This document shows positions 24,830 to 35,219 of a stretch of DNA of 49,200 bases, piece after piece. The notes under the pieces were generated by a model, which saw only the letters and a list, made by a program, of their open reading frames with translations, was not told the DNA's origin and did no database searches. The stretch's first letter is position 1, and every line of letters begins with the position of its first letter. The stretch is from assembly GCF_006345805.1 (NCBI RefSeq), contig NW_021834546.1, forward strand, positions 1 through 49,200, in the 5' to 3' direction. The position numbers and the translations under genes were made by a program. The stretch comes from Octopus sinensis. Lineage: Eukaryota.

Positions 24830-26665
24830 TATTGACTTTGCCAATTCTTTCCCTCTTATCATGGTGGGCGGTCTCACTCATACCTCGTCATTAGTGACAT
24901 GCACAAACACAGCACTACAAAAAAGTCATTCCTGGGGCGACTCCCACTGTCCCACCAAGGGAACATGTGAACCACCTTATAATTTTAGTTACTGCTAGTC
25001 ATCATACAGGGGTCCTGCCTGCAAGACCCCTATGCTGAGAGCTAATCTCTCAGCATATTCTATGTGTGTAGCATAGCCATCCTGCTGAGTAGTCATCAGA
25101 ATGACCTGTCCTTAATGCCCAAGCCATCTAGCGCCGCACTCACAGGCCAGCACCAGGCACCACAGGCACTGATTGGGAGTCCATGCAGTTCTACCAGCTG
25201 ATCAAACTCTTGCAAAAGCAATAGTATAACTGGTCAATACTTGTGCACTTTCTCAAGAGATGCCTCTCTCAAGGCATCTCCCTCCTCTAACCAGATGGTC
25301 ATGTCTACTACTACTACTTTCTCAGGACAGCTAAAGACTAAGTCAGGTATGAGCCTGGAGCCTCACACAATGTACGAAGGCTCCACACTGATACTCCAGC
25401 CATAGGCAGCAGCTTCTTTCGCTACCAGATTACAGATTTTGTTGTGTCTGGCAAGTCGTGGCCCTTTAAGAGCACCACAAACTCTGCTGATGTGAGATAT
25501 TGTCTCCACCCCTACTCTACACTTTGGACGCATGAAGACCCCTCGGCTACCACGTATCATGGTCTCTCGAGTGGGAAATATGTTGGAGCGCATCTTGAGT
25601 AAACTCAAGAAACACTTCTCTGTAATCCCACCCAGTCTACTTATCCAACTATTGCCAACCACATCCCCACAAAATGCTGCTACACATGCCCTGTGCACCA
25701 GCTGGGCTTGCCCATCTATGGGAGTGCACCAGCCAGATATCAAGGTCGTGTTTGGTAGCATCAGCAAGTTGAAGGAAGCTACTAATTGCTGATTCTGTTC
25801 AGCTAATCCGGCAGAATCAGCAATCTTTTTCACAAAGGCGTATCTCGACATCAGAAGGCGAAGATTACAGCGGATGATACATTTGGGGATCAGCCTCACC
25901 ATCTGGTGAAGTCTTAACCTGCTATCACACCGGCTGCTATATAGAAAGTAAGAAGTGGTATCTGGGAGATGAAGAATCCACCTAGCTCCCACACAGATAA
26001 CCATGTCAAGTCTCTTGAGAATTCCTCACCTGCTTGAGACTATAAAATAGTCTTGGCAAATTGTACTGCTGTAACAAGAGGAATTTCTGTCAGGGTTTCA
26101 GTGGAGCCCTGCAAATCTTATCAATATCCAGGGACACCTGCCCCACTGAATCTAAACAAAATTCCTGACTCGAGCTCGAAGTCCATGTAGGAACATTAAG
26201 TCCTAGGTTGGACATCTCTCCCGGTTCTACCTTTTTCATCGCACTACCATGGAGAGTGTTAGAGTGTTGACAAGACAGGACTTGCCCCAGCCACAAATGG
26301 AGAACCACTCACACTTACTAATATTGATTCCCAGCCCAACTGCGCGATAGAACTCCAGGCATCTATTCATAAGAGCCTGGAGACTATCACGTAACCCAGC
26401 GACTAGGACCAAATTGTCAGTGTATGTGAGTTCTTCTATTCTGATCCCCTCAACACTGAGACCTTCGCTGTCCGACAGAACATCTAACAGTGGGTTGGTT
26501 GCAATGTTAAAGAGGACTGGCAAGAGTGCGTCCCCTTGTCTAACACCCTGGCGAATCTTGATGGGCTCGCTAAGTTGCCCACTGACTGAGAATCTGGTAA
26601 TGCTACTTTCATAGATCCCCTCCACGAGCACTATAACGTGCTCATGGAAGCCAAGCCTGGCAGGA
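24830..26665 (-). mobile_element. R2-superfamily (RLE) non-LTR element, 5'-truncated and decayed
   Basis: RT QGVRQGDALLPVLFN...YTDN...GINISKC; knuckle CRVGVETISHISRVC; RHNKI; RLE motif RLIPDLVF...VVDMT...EKVHKY. Confidence 0.85.
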
Positions 26666-26769
26666 CCCATTCCTGTAAAGAATGGTGTCAAGCAGGATGA
26701 CATCCTTGCCCCGACTATCTTTTCTTTGTACTCTGCTGCTGCTTTTACTCATGTTATTGCTAAGGTTAG

Positions 26770-28850
26770 CTCTCTGGGAATACCTGGACAAGGACATCAT
26801 TTACGAGGCACCCATTCAGGCAGGTAAGAAGAATATTTGCCAGAACCTTGCCAGCAGCTGATAGTAGAGCAATACCTCTAAAGTTACCACACATTGTTCT
26901 GGCTCCTTTTCCTTTATAGAGAGGAAGAATAATTGCATCCTTCCAGTCCTTAGGTAGTGCACCATTCCTCCAGACTGCACTAATAAGTTCGTGAAGGGAC
27001 TGTATGATGTAATCACCACCAAATCGCAAGACCTCAGCACAAATTCCATCCTTTCCAGATGCCCTATCAAGATTCAAATTACTTACTGATATCATTACTT
27101 CATCTATTGAGGGCGTGGAATTTAAGGAGCCAATGATAGGTCTTTGTTGCATAGTATCCATCACTATTTCATCCACAACTGACTCATGGTTTAGGAGTTC
27201 AGGGAAGTGTTCGATCAAGCAACCTGCAATTTTTGTTGATTTAGTAGTTAGAGTGGAAGACTTCTTGGAAAGCAAAGGAGCTGATGTGGAGCTCTTAGGC
27301 CCATAAACTTGCTTCATAATGTGGTAAAGCTTCTTGCTGTCATTTGCATCAGCAGCAGCCTAAACATCACGAGCATGATCCTCCCACAAAGTGTTCTGTA
27401 CCCTCCTGAGAGATCACTGCAGTAATGATTTTACACTGATATAGTGGACAAGTACTAGATTTCACTGCACAACAGAAAGTCCTCCATGTAGCAATACATT
27501 GTGGGCATTGCGCTTTACAGCCAATAGTCGATGAACTTCAGCATCATTTACATCAAACCAGTCTCTGAGTTTGGCAGTAGCATATCCCAGTGCTTCAGCA
27601 GCATTTTGAAGAACCTGGTCTTGAAAATCTTCCTATGTTGCAGTATGCGAGTCAGAAGCTCTTTCCTCAACACAGCATCATATATCTCATGGACATTCAG
27701 ACGCCGAGAAATGCTGACAGGCCCTCTTCCCGCTTTCACTGTAATCATCATCAGGAAGTTTGCTCATACCAGACTGTGGTCTGTCCAGTATTCCGATCCA
27801 TGAAAGAACTTGACATTACAAATGTCATAGATGTCACGCTTGTGGATGATGACATAATCCAGTAAGTGCCAAACTTTAGGCCTTGGATGCATCCATGTTG
27901 TCGTGTGATCACCTTTGTGTATAAAATGAGTGCTTGCAAATGTAAAGTCCATGTTCATCGCAAAGCTCAAGCAGCATGAGACCATTACTACTCATTTTCT
28001 CTACTGGAAAACATTCTAGAGAGTTCTATGTTTGCCAGTCAGTTCCAACCCTGGCATTGAAATCCCCCAGTAGAACAACCTTATCAGAATTAGGGATTTT
28101 CATAAGTATGGCTCTCAACTAGGTATAAAAAATACTTGTATTTTCATCACAGCTAGTCAAAGTAGGTGCATAGGCACTTATTAGAATAGCAAACTATCCA
28201 CCTTTCAGGTGAAATCGCAGAGTCATTAGATGTTCATTTATAGGAAGAGGAAGCTCCTCCAACTTCTTAAGGATATCAGATCGAACTGCAAAGCTAACAC
28301 CAGCTTTTCTGCACGCCCCCTCCATTTCCCAGAAAAGGTGTATCCACCTCCAACTTCCTCAAGCTGACCATCACCTTCTATACAAGTCTCTGAAAGTGCA
28401 GCTATATCAATGTTATAATAGTTCAGCTCATGAACAACAAATGCAGTGTGTCTTTCAGGCCTACAATCCCTCTTGTTATCCAACAGAGTGCGCACATTCC
28501 TACATGAAATGTTTAAGTTCCATCCAAATTTTGTAAATAAAAGTCTCTTTGTTTTTTGAGTGCAGGGTGGACATCTGTCAGTCACACTAAACTGACCAGA
28601 TATAGAAAGACAGGCAATTTTTGGTTCACCTTTATTAGAACCTCCCCAGCCTCTGGGTGAGCAGTGCCCTCTCCAAATGGAGTTGCTCAGACACTGATGA
28701 AGCAATAGAATCCTACCGCTGTCTTGTGCGACAAGGAGACGGCTTTATATCTAGCATGGGCTGTTTGCGTGCAGGTCGCTGACTATATGCTTCCAACCCT
28801 TCAGGTCTGCATGCTTCACCACCTTCCCATCACCACAGGACTTCCGAATA
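26770..28850 (-). mobile_element. RTE-BovB-like LINE 5' portion (EN to start of RT), 3'-truncated
   Basis: RNVRTLLD...RPERHTAFVVHELNYYNIDIAALSET; WHLLDYVI; WTDHSLV; KQVYGPKS; GNFRGIALLSAAGKVLA. Confidence 0.85.
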
Positions 28851-29028
28851 AAAAGAAATGTACAAAAAATATATAAATATATATACTAAAAATAAAATAA
28901 TGGGAAAAAAACAAAAAAAAACGCACATATCGAGCAGAGGTCAGCAATGCCTGTGCAGAGTTTTAGGTTCAATAAGGCTGGCACAACACCTCACAGACCC
29001 TGTCCACTTTATTGACATTATCCCTCCT

Positions 29029-29081
29029 CACAAAACTATCTGACGAATGGGAATGTGAAACTCTGAGTAACAGGTTTTGTG
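29029..29081 (+). ncRNA. Degenerate hammerhead motif
   Basis: CACAAAAC-TAT-CTGACGA-(collapsed stem II)-GAA-ACTC-T-GAGT-A-ACAG-GTTTTGTG. Confidence 0.35.
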
Positions 29082-29381
29082 ATATTTTTGCTGCTTTTTA
29101 ATAAAGCATATTACTCTACCTCTGGTATTCGAGTACTATTTTTTTCACCTTGTTTCGCATTTATGTGCTTACTCTGGTGTGTGTATATATATATATGTGT
29201 GTGTGTGTACATATGTACAAGCACATGCAATCATATAAACACATATACACACTCATATATATATGTATAATCTTAAAGTATACACATATATATGCTTATC
29301 CATCTACACATATATGTCACTATTTTCACAGACAATGGTTAAAACTGAAAAATTTTTTTATACATATACATATATACATAC

Positions 29382-29429
<48 letters not shown>

Positions 29430-29441
29430 TATAATATATAT

Positions 29442-29769
29442 ATATATAGAAAATAGTAAAAAGTGAAAAAACTACAGAAGGTTTAAAGGTTAAAAAATAT
29501 ATATTTAAGTCAATATGTCTGAAGAATATTAAAAATTTTTTTCTTACAATGACATAGTTTAGAAGAAAGACCAGTTTCGCATTTAGCTTTTCAAATTTCT
29601 TAACGTCGTAAGAAATTTGAAAAGCTAAACGCGAAACCGGTCTTTCTTTTAAACTATGTCATTGTAAGAAAAAATTTTTTAATATTCTTCAGACATATTG
29701 ACTCAAATATATATTTTTTAACCTTTAAGCCTTCTGTAGTTTTTTCACTTTTTACTATTTTCTATATAT
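29442..29769. repeat. 328-bp near-perfect palindrome, 6-nt loop at 29603-29608
   Basis: Arms match by eye along their whole length with few substitutions. Confidence 0.92.
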
Positions 29770-29816
29770 TCAACCACGTGCTTTCACAAACCAACTTTCT
29801 TATCTATATATATATA

Positions 29817-30380
29817 TCATCATCATTGTTTAACGTCCGCTTTCCATGCTAGCATGGGTTGGACGGTTCAACTGGGGTCTGGGGAGCCCGAAGGCTGCAC
29901 CAGGCCAGTCAGATCTGGCAGTGTTTCTACAGCTGGATGCCCTTCCTAACGCCAACCACTCTGAGAGTGTAGTGGGTGATTTTATGTGCCCCCGACACAG
30001 GTGCCAGACGAGGCTGGCGAACGGCCACGCTCGGATGGTATTTTTTATGTGCCACACCGACACAGGTGCCAGACGAGGCTGGCGAACGGCCATGATCGGA
30101 TGGTGTTTGTTACATGCCCACAGCACGGAGGCCAGTCGATGCGGTACTGGCTACGGCCATGTTCGGATGGTTTTCTTATGTGCCACCGGCACTGGTACCA
30201 CAAAGATACAAATTCCATTGATGTTCATCTATTTTGATTTGGTTTTTGGTTTTCACTTGCCTCAACAGGTCTTCACAAGTGTCACAAGAAGGAAGGTATG
30301 CACAGGTGGACTGACTACGTCCCAGGTAGGGGCCACGGGTTATGGCCTCACTAGTCTTGCCGGGTCTTCTCACGCACATA
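29817..30380 (-). mobile_element. 5'-truncated RTE 3' end with tandem 3' UTR repeats
   Basis: Reverse complement of 40910-41558 (YAVREKTRQD*, UTR repeats, GAT tail). Confidence 0.85.
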
Positions 30381-31000
30381 TACATATATTTACACACATA
30401 CTCATACACACACATATACTCACACAACACACACACATACATAGGTACGCTAAAATATACATACATCTTGAAGCTGGCTGGATGTGGTGTGCCATATCAA
30501 GTCAATACAATGTAGCCCACTACTAAATGTAGCATATAAATGTAACACTTCGAGGTTGGAGTAACCAGCGAACATCAAATAATTAACACCAAGAAGGAAG
30601 AAATGTTATTTACATATATTTATTCCCTTACCCCACAGGTTGTTAAAGAGCCAGTAGCAATTCTAGTGATAGTGATGACAAGGATGACTTGCTGGTTAAT
30701 AGTTGATATGATTGTCTGTCAGTAGAGAGTGAAAGACTAAGGTAGCCATGGTGCTGATTAGAAAGGAAAACAGGATAAAAGCAGCATTGTCTTTCTTATG
30801 GCCGAACGCCTCTCTTAGCATGTGAAGGGTGAATGGAAGTGCTGCTCTTGGTTAAGGCTGATGCAAAACATAATTTCTGTAATTCATTGTGGTAGCACAC
30901 ATTTCTCTTTGAGAATGTTTTCTGACACACGGTTTCTATTTTATTATTACTTATATTCCACCGCTTCATCATTTAATGGGAGAAAAGTACTGAAGAAATA

Positions 31001-31046
<46 letters not shown>

Positions 31047-31047
31047 C

Positions 31048-31148
31048 TTGTTGTTTATACCCAAAAAATGGACTTGTTATTTATACTCAAGAAATGGACT
31101 TGTTTGTGCCCAAGAAATGGATTTGCTGTTTGTACCCAAGAAATGGAC
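31048..31148. repeat. About 26-bp minisatellite, 4 imperfect units
   Basis: Units resemble TGTTGTTTATACCCAAGAAATGGACT; no spacers between them. Confidence 0.75.
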
Positions 31149-31491
31149 AACGCACAGGTTATACTTATTTCTATAACATCATTCTCTATTAGTAAATTTC
31201 GTTTCTTGTAACAATTTAAAGGAATGTTAAAGACAAGTTATTTTAATAACATGAACTGTCTGGATAAAGAATCAAATAAAAGAAAATGAAAAACAGTGGA
31301 AGGTTTTGTAATTAGGAGCAGAGTAAGGTTGAATATCTAAAAGAATTTGCAACATGTAAGATGTTTGTAAGCAATTCCATAACAACAAAAACCGTTCCTT
31401 TCACTGGAACATTTAAATTTCGTTTGTGTCTAAATATTTTCATTCTTTGAAACCACGGAAATACCCTGACAAAAATTTGTGCTACATCTGT

Positions 31492-31534
31492 TTTGTCAGT
31501 GAACAAGTCTCGGTTTCAAAGCGACAAAAATATT
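31492..31534 (+). ncRNA. Second, degenerate G3:C8 hammerhead-like copy
   Basis: TTTGTCA-GTGAACA-A-GTCTC...GCGAC-AAA-AATATT; G12 and the stem I 3' strand are lost. Confidence 0.4.
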
Positions 31535-32376
31535 GGGATTGAAATGAGATTTAAATCTTGGAGTGAAACCAAATTTGTGTGTGTGTGTGTGCATATGTTC
31601 TTGAGTGGTATACAAACATCTACGCTGCAATTGTTTTTGTTAATACCATTATGTAGAAGACAGAATCGAAAAAATTTTGCGCGCAAATTTTTGTTTTCAT
31701 CTTTGTTTATAGCATAGATAATTTTTTCTGAAATGCCACCTTTGGCCTGCAGGACGCATTGGTTGGCCTGAGGCAATAGTTGAAAACACTTACTGGCAAA
31801 CAGGGGCGGAGGACCAGGAGAATTCACACGATCCAATTTTTACCCTATAGAAAATGGATATTCTTTCTAACCACAAGGTTCCAGGTACAGTCCCACTGCA
31901 TGGCACCTTGGGGAAACACTGGAGTTTAAAGGTCAAGGTCTGATGATGTTAACTTTCCAAGTCCCCCCCTGTTTGCAAGCGCGCATTTTTTTCCACATAC
32001 ATTTAAAGCAAGTTGTTTTATACCTATTACACTAAATTTTAATTATTTTTTTGCTCAGGTCAAATGCTAGAGTTTAAAGATCATGGTCTGACGATGTGAA
32101 TTTTCCGAGTCCTCTCCCCCACCCACCGTTCACAAGTGCGCATTTTTTTTAATATTTGTTTACAGCAAGTTGTTTTACACCTATTACACTATTTTCTTTT
32201 TTGGCTGTGGTGAGATGACTCGCAACATTCATGATGTGAACTTTCCAAGTCCTTTCCCCCACCTCCCATTAGCGAGCGCACATTTTTTTCCATATTCATT
32301 TACTACATGTTGTTGTACACCTATTACACTGATTAAAAAATTTTTATTTGCTCAGGTCAAGCACTTTAGTTTAACA

Positions 32377-33080
32377 CTCGGTCATTTGTCATTGCCTCTG
32401 TGAGGCTCAACACTTGAAGGGTGCTTTTGAAGTACCACTGGCATTGGCCACTTCATCTCTGTGAGGCCCAATGCTCAAAATGGCACCCATGCTACTGGCA
32501 TGGGTGCCATTTATGTGACACCAGCATTGGCCACGACTACAATTTGACAAGTCTTCTCAAGTGCAGCATACCACCGAAGTCACTAGTCACTGCCTCTGTG
32601 GGGCCCAAAGTTTGAAGATCATGCTTCACCACTTTGTTTTCCTGAGTCTACCTCTACCGCAAGTTCCCTCCACAGTTAGAGATCAGCACTTCTTTACCAG
32701 TGCAGTCAGCTCTCTTGCACACCACATCTGATATCTCTTATGCCCAACTTTTCTCTCAAGATGCATACACTTTTGAACATGCACACTGACGTTGTACATC
32801 CAACGAAACATACTTGCTTAATTTCTTTCAAGGTTACACATGTCTTTGGCTGTCACAGCCCAGGTTTCACTGCTGTATAGCAAAGATGTTTGTACATAGG
32901 CATCATATAATCTCCTTTCACTCTGAGGGAGAGGTCCTTTGTTGCCAGCAGAAGTAGGAGCTCTCTGAACTTTGCTCAGCCCATTCTTATTCTCACAGCT
33001 ACAGTCTCAGAGCATCCACCTCCGCTACAAACTTGGTCATCTAGATAATGGAAGCTATCTACTACCTCTAGCTTACCCAA
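32377..33080 (-). mobile_element. RTE copy, right half (UTR and ORF C-terminus)
   Basis: Continues the UTR broken at 24472 and runs into RT C-terminal sequence (GRGR-like, ETWAVT-like, YLDDQV-like). Confidence 0.75.
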
Positions 33081-33495
33081 AACTATCAGAGGAAATAAAC
33101 AGATATCCCAACAAATTTCTATTCATGGCAGAAATACAAGCTTTTTTTTACTATAAAATAAGTCTCTCAGCAGTTGCTCACTGTCATAAATAGAATATTA
33201 CTTCCACATCTCAGACAATGCCAACACAATCATTAAGCCTTCTCTCATTATCCAAATTGTCTACTTCCCTACCTTCATTCAGGTTTTGTACTAATTATCA
33301 TACCCAATTCCTCAGAATGTTAGCACTCTTGAATAATTTCTTTGTCCATGTTTTTCCAGCAGCCATTGGCTTGAAGCTGTTCAATAACATCAATCTCAAT
33401 GATTTTAGAGAATTAGGAAGGCCATGAGCACAGCCCTAGCCTATACATTGAACCATTAAAAATACTGGTAGTAAAAAAAAAAAAAGAGCAAATAC

Positions 33496-33591
33496 CTTGT
33501 AGATGTTTTATCTTTGCACAGAGTGATTCAAAAGATTCTACTGATTCAAAATATAGTGAAGCATCTTCAGGCTCGTCTTTGAAAAATTTTT
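33496..33591 (-). CDS. Host-gene exon, phase 1-1, 96 nt (E)KFFKDEPEDASLYFESVESFESLCAKIKHLQ(G)
   Basis: Acceptor TTCTATGTTCAG, donor AAG|GTATTT, open frame, joins in frame to the 38574-38816 exon. Confidence 0.55.
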
Positions 33592-34628
33592 CTGAACATA
33601 GAAGAAATTTCAAGAAAAATGGGAAAAAACCCTTCAAATCAATTATACAAAATCCACAAATACAATCACAAATGTAGAAAACATTTATTTGCTATGAATT
33701 ATCATAAGATTATTGAGTTAATTAAGTATTTGATTGATAAGAAGAGAAATGGTTGAGTGCAGAAGGTATCAGATGAACAAGTTGTGAGTTCCACAGGAGA
33801 AACAATTCTGCTTGTTTCTGTTCATCATCATCACCGTTTAACTGGAAAAAATATCAAGTCTTCTGAGAAAGGTTAGCAGTGATAAATAAGCAGCGCACCC
33901 ACAGATTTCTTATGTGACATGGATGACTGAATACAACTGGCCAATCACAGGCACTGTGGTGAGTCCATGGCTAAAAAGTATCTCCCAACCACCTAGTCCA
34001 CTTGCATGTGTTACACTGGGAAAGTTCGATATTAAGAGCACTAAGTGCTGTTGAACTGAAGACAATTTGAATTGCAGTCCTAAAATCAATTCCTACAAGA
34101 AAGTTACTTGCAATAGACTGGTGTACTATACAAGCTGAAATCTGACATTCTTCTACTTAATTCTATGAAAATCAAACTTAAACCTTAGTTCAGCAAACAC
34201 TAAAGTTTGAAAAGTTTAAATGTTTGTGAATCATTAGTTATAATGAAATGTTTAATCAACTAGGAGACAAAAATGACAATTCCAAACATACCTTTATATG
34301 AATTTCTAGATTTTGTTAAAGATAGCAATAACAATGTTTTAAACACAGAAAACAGAAACTAAGTATTTTTTTAATCTTTGTTTTATTTTATTCTAATGTA
34401 ACCTGCTTTAATGTCTCTCCCATTCAGCATCTCCACCCCACCCGAATTTTTTGATTTTTTTGATATGTTTATATGATAATATGTAGCTTAGACTAGTATG
34501 AGTTCTATGCTTTTATGTTAGTATGTGGATTAGAACAGTATGATTTCTTATATGTTTATATGAGAATATGTAGATTAGAAATAGTATGGTTTCTTATGTT
34601 TTTTTATATTATGTGGCTTAGAGTGATT

Positions 34629-34661
<33 letters not shown>

Positions 34662-35219
34662 TTAAATATTAAAGAAACATTGAAACAATGGTGTCCATCT
34701 TTGCTAACAAGTCTGCCCTCCCACTCCTACCGCTTCAATTTAAACATACATGACTTTCTTCCTTAGCTAACTGTACTCCTGCTCTGTGAGTAGAGGTTCC
34801 CCCACCTCTTGTACCCATATGCTTGTGTGCATATGCCTGTCAGAGTACCATATAAGTGTATGGATGTATGTGCTTGCAGGTATGTATGTATATATTTCTA
34901 TCTAAGTGTATGCTTATGTGGACTACACGTTCATATATGTATATATATATGTGAGTATGTGTGTGTGTATATATGAATATGTAAGATTCATACCGTGCTG
35001 TGTAGTGTTTGTATATGTATATATATAGACATATAAGACTGCTTTTTACCCCTCTCTTTACTGGCCCTTAATCTGGATGCTGTATGGTAGTAAAGAAATT
35101 GTCCCTCATTGAACTGAATACACAGTGTACCAAGGTTATCTGCTACCTGGAAAGTGTTTGTGCAGATCTTCTTTTCAGATAGACAAAAGCCCCACAAAAA
35201 CTACCTTCACATTGTCCCT

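Larger units (their letters stand above)
24473..32376. mobile_element. 7.9-kb DNA transposon with long, internally repeated TIRs and 8-bp TSD; carries nested insertions
   Basis: Left end GGTCAAACTAAAGTGTTTGACC; right end reverse complement TGTTAAACTAAAGTGCTTGACC; inverted similarity extends over about 330 bp; TSD CTTGGTCA (24465-24472) and CTCGGTCA (32377-32384). Confidence 0.75.

Noticed and set aside
29846-30526. 226-aa ORF and similar 100-150-aa ORFs near 41045-41509
   Set aside because: They read through RTE 3' UTR tandem repeats and microsatellite; no protein features.
31170-31265. Strong minus-strand splice acceptor (TTTTCTTTTATTTGATTCTTTATCCAG)
   Set aside because: All three frames reach a stop within about 11 codons and no nearby donor was found.
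30530-31920. Possible transposase for the long-TIR element
   Set aside because: No DDE, IS1595/Merlin or hAT motifs seen in any frame; left unassigned.
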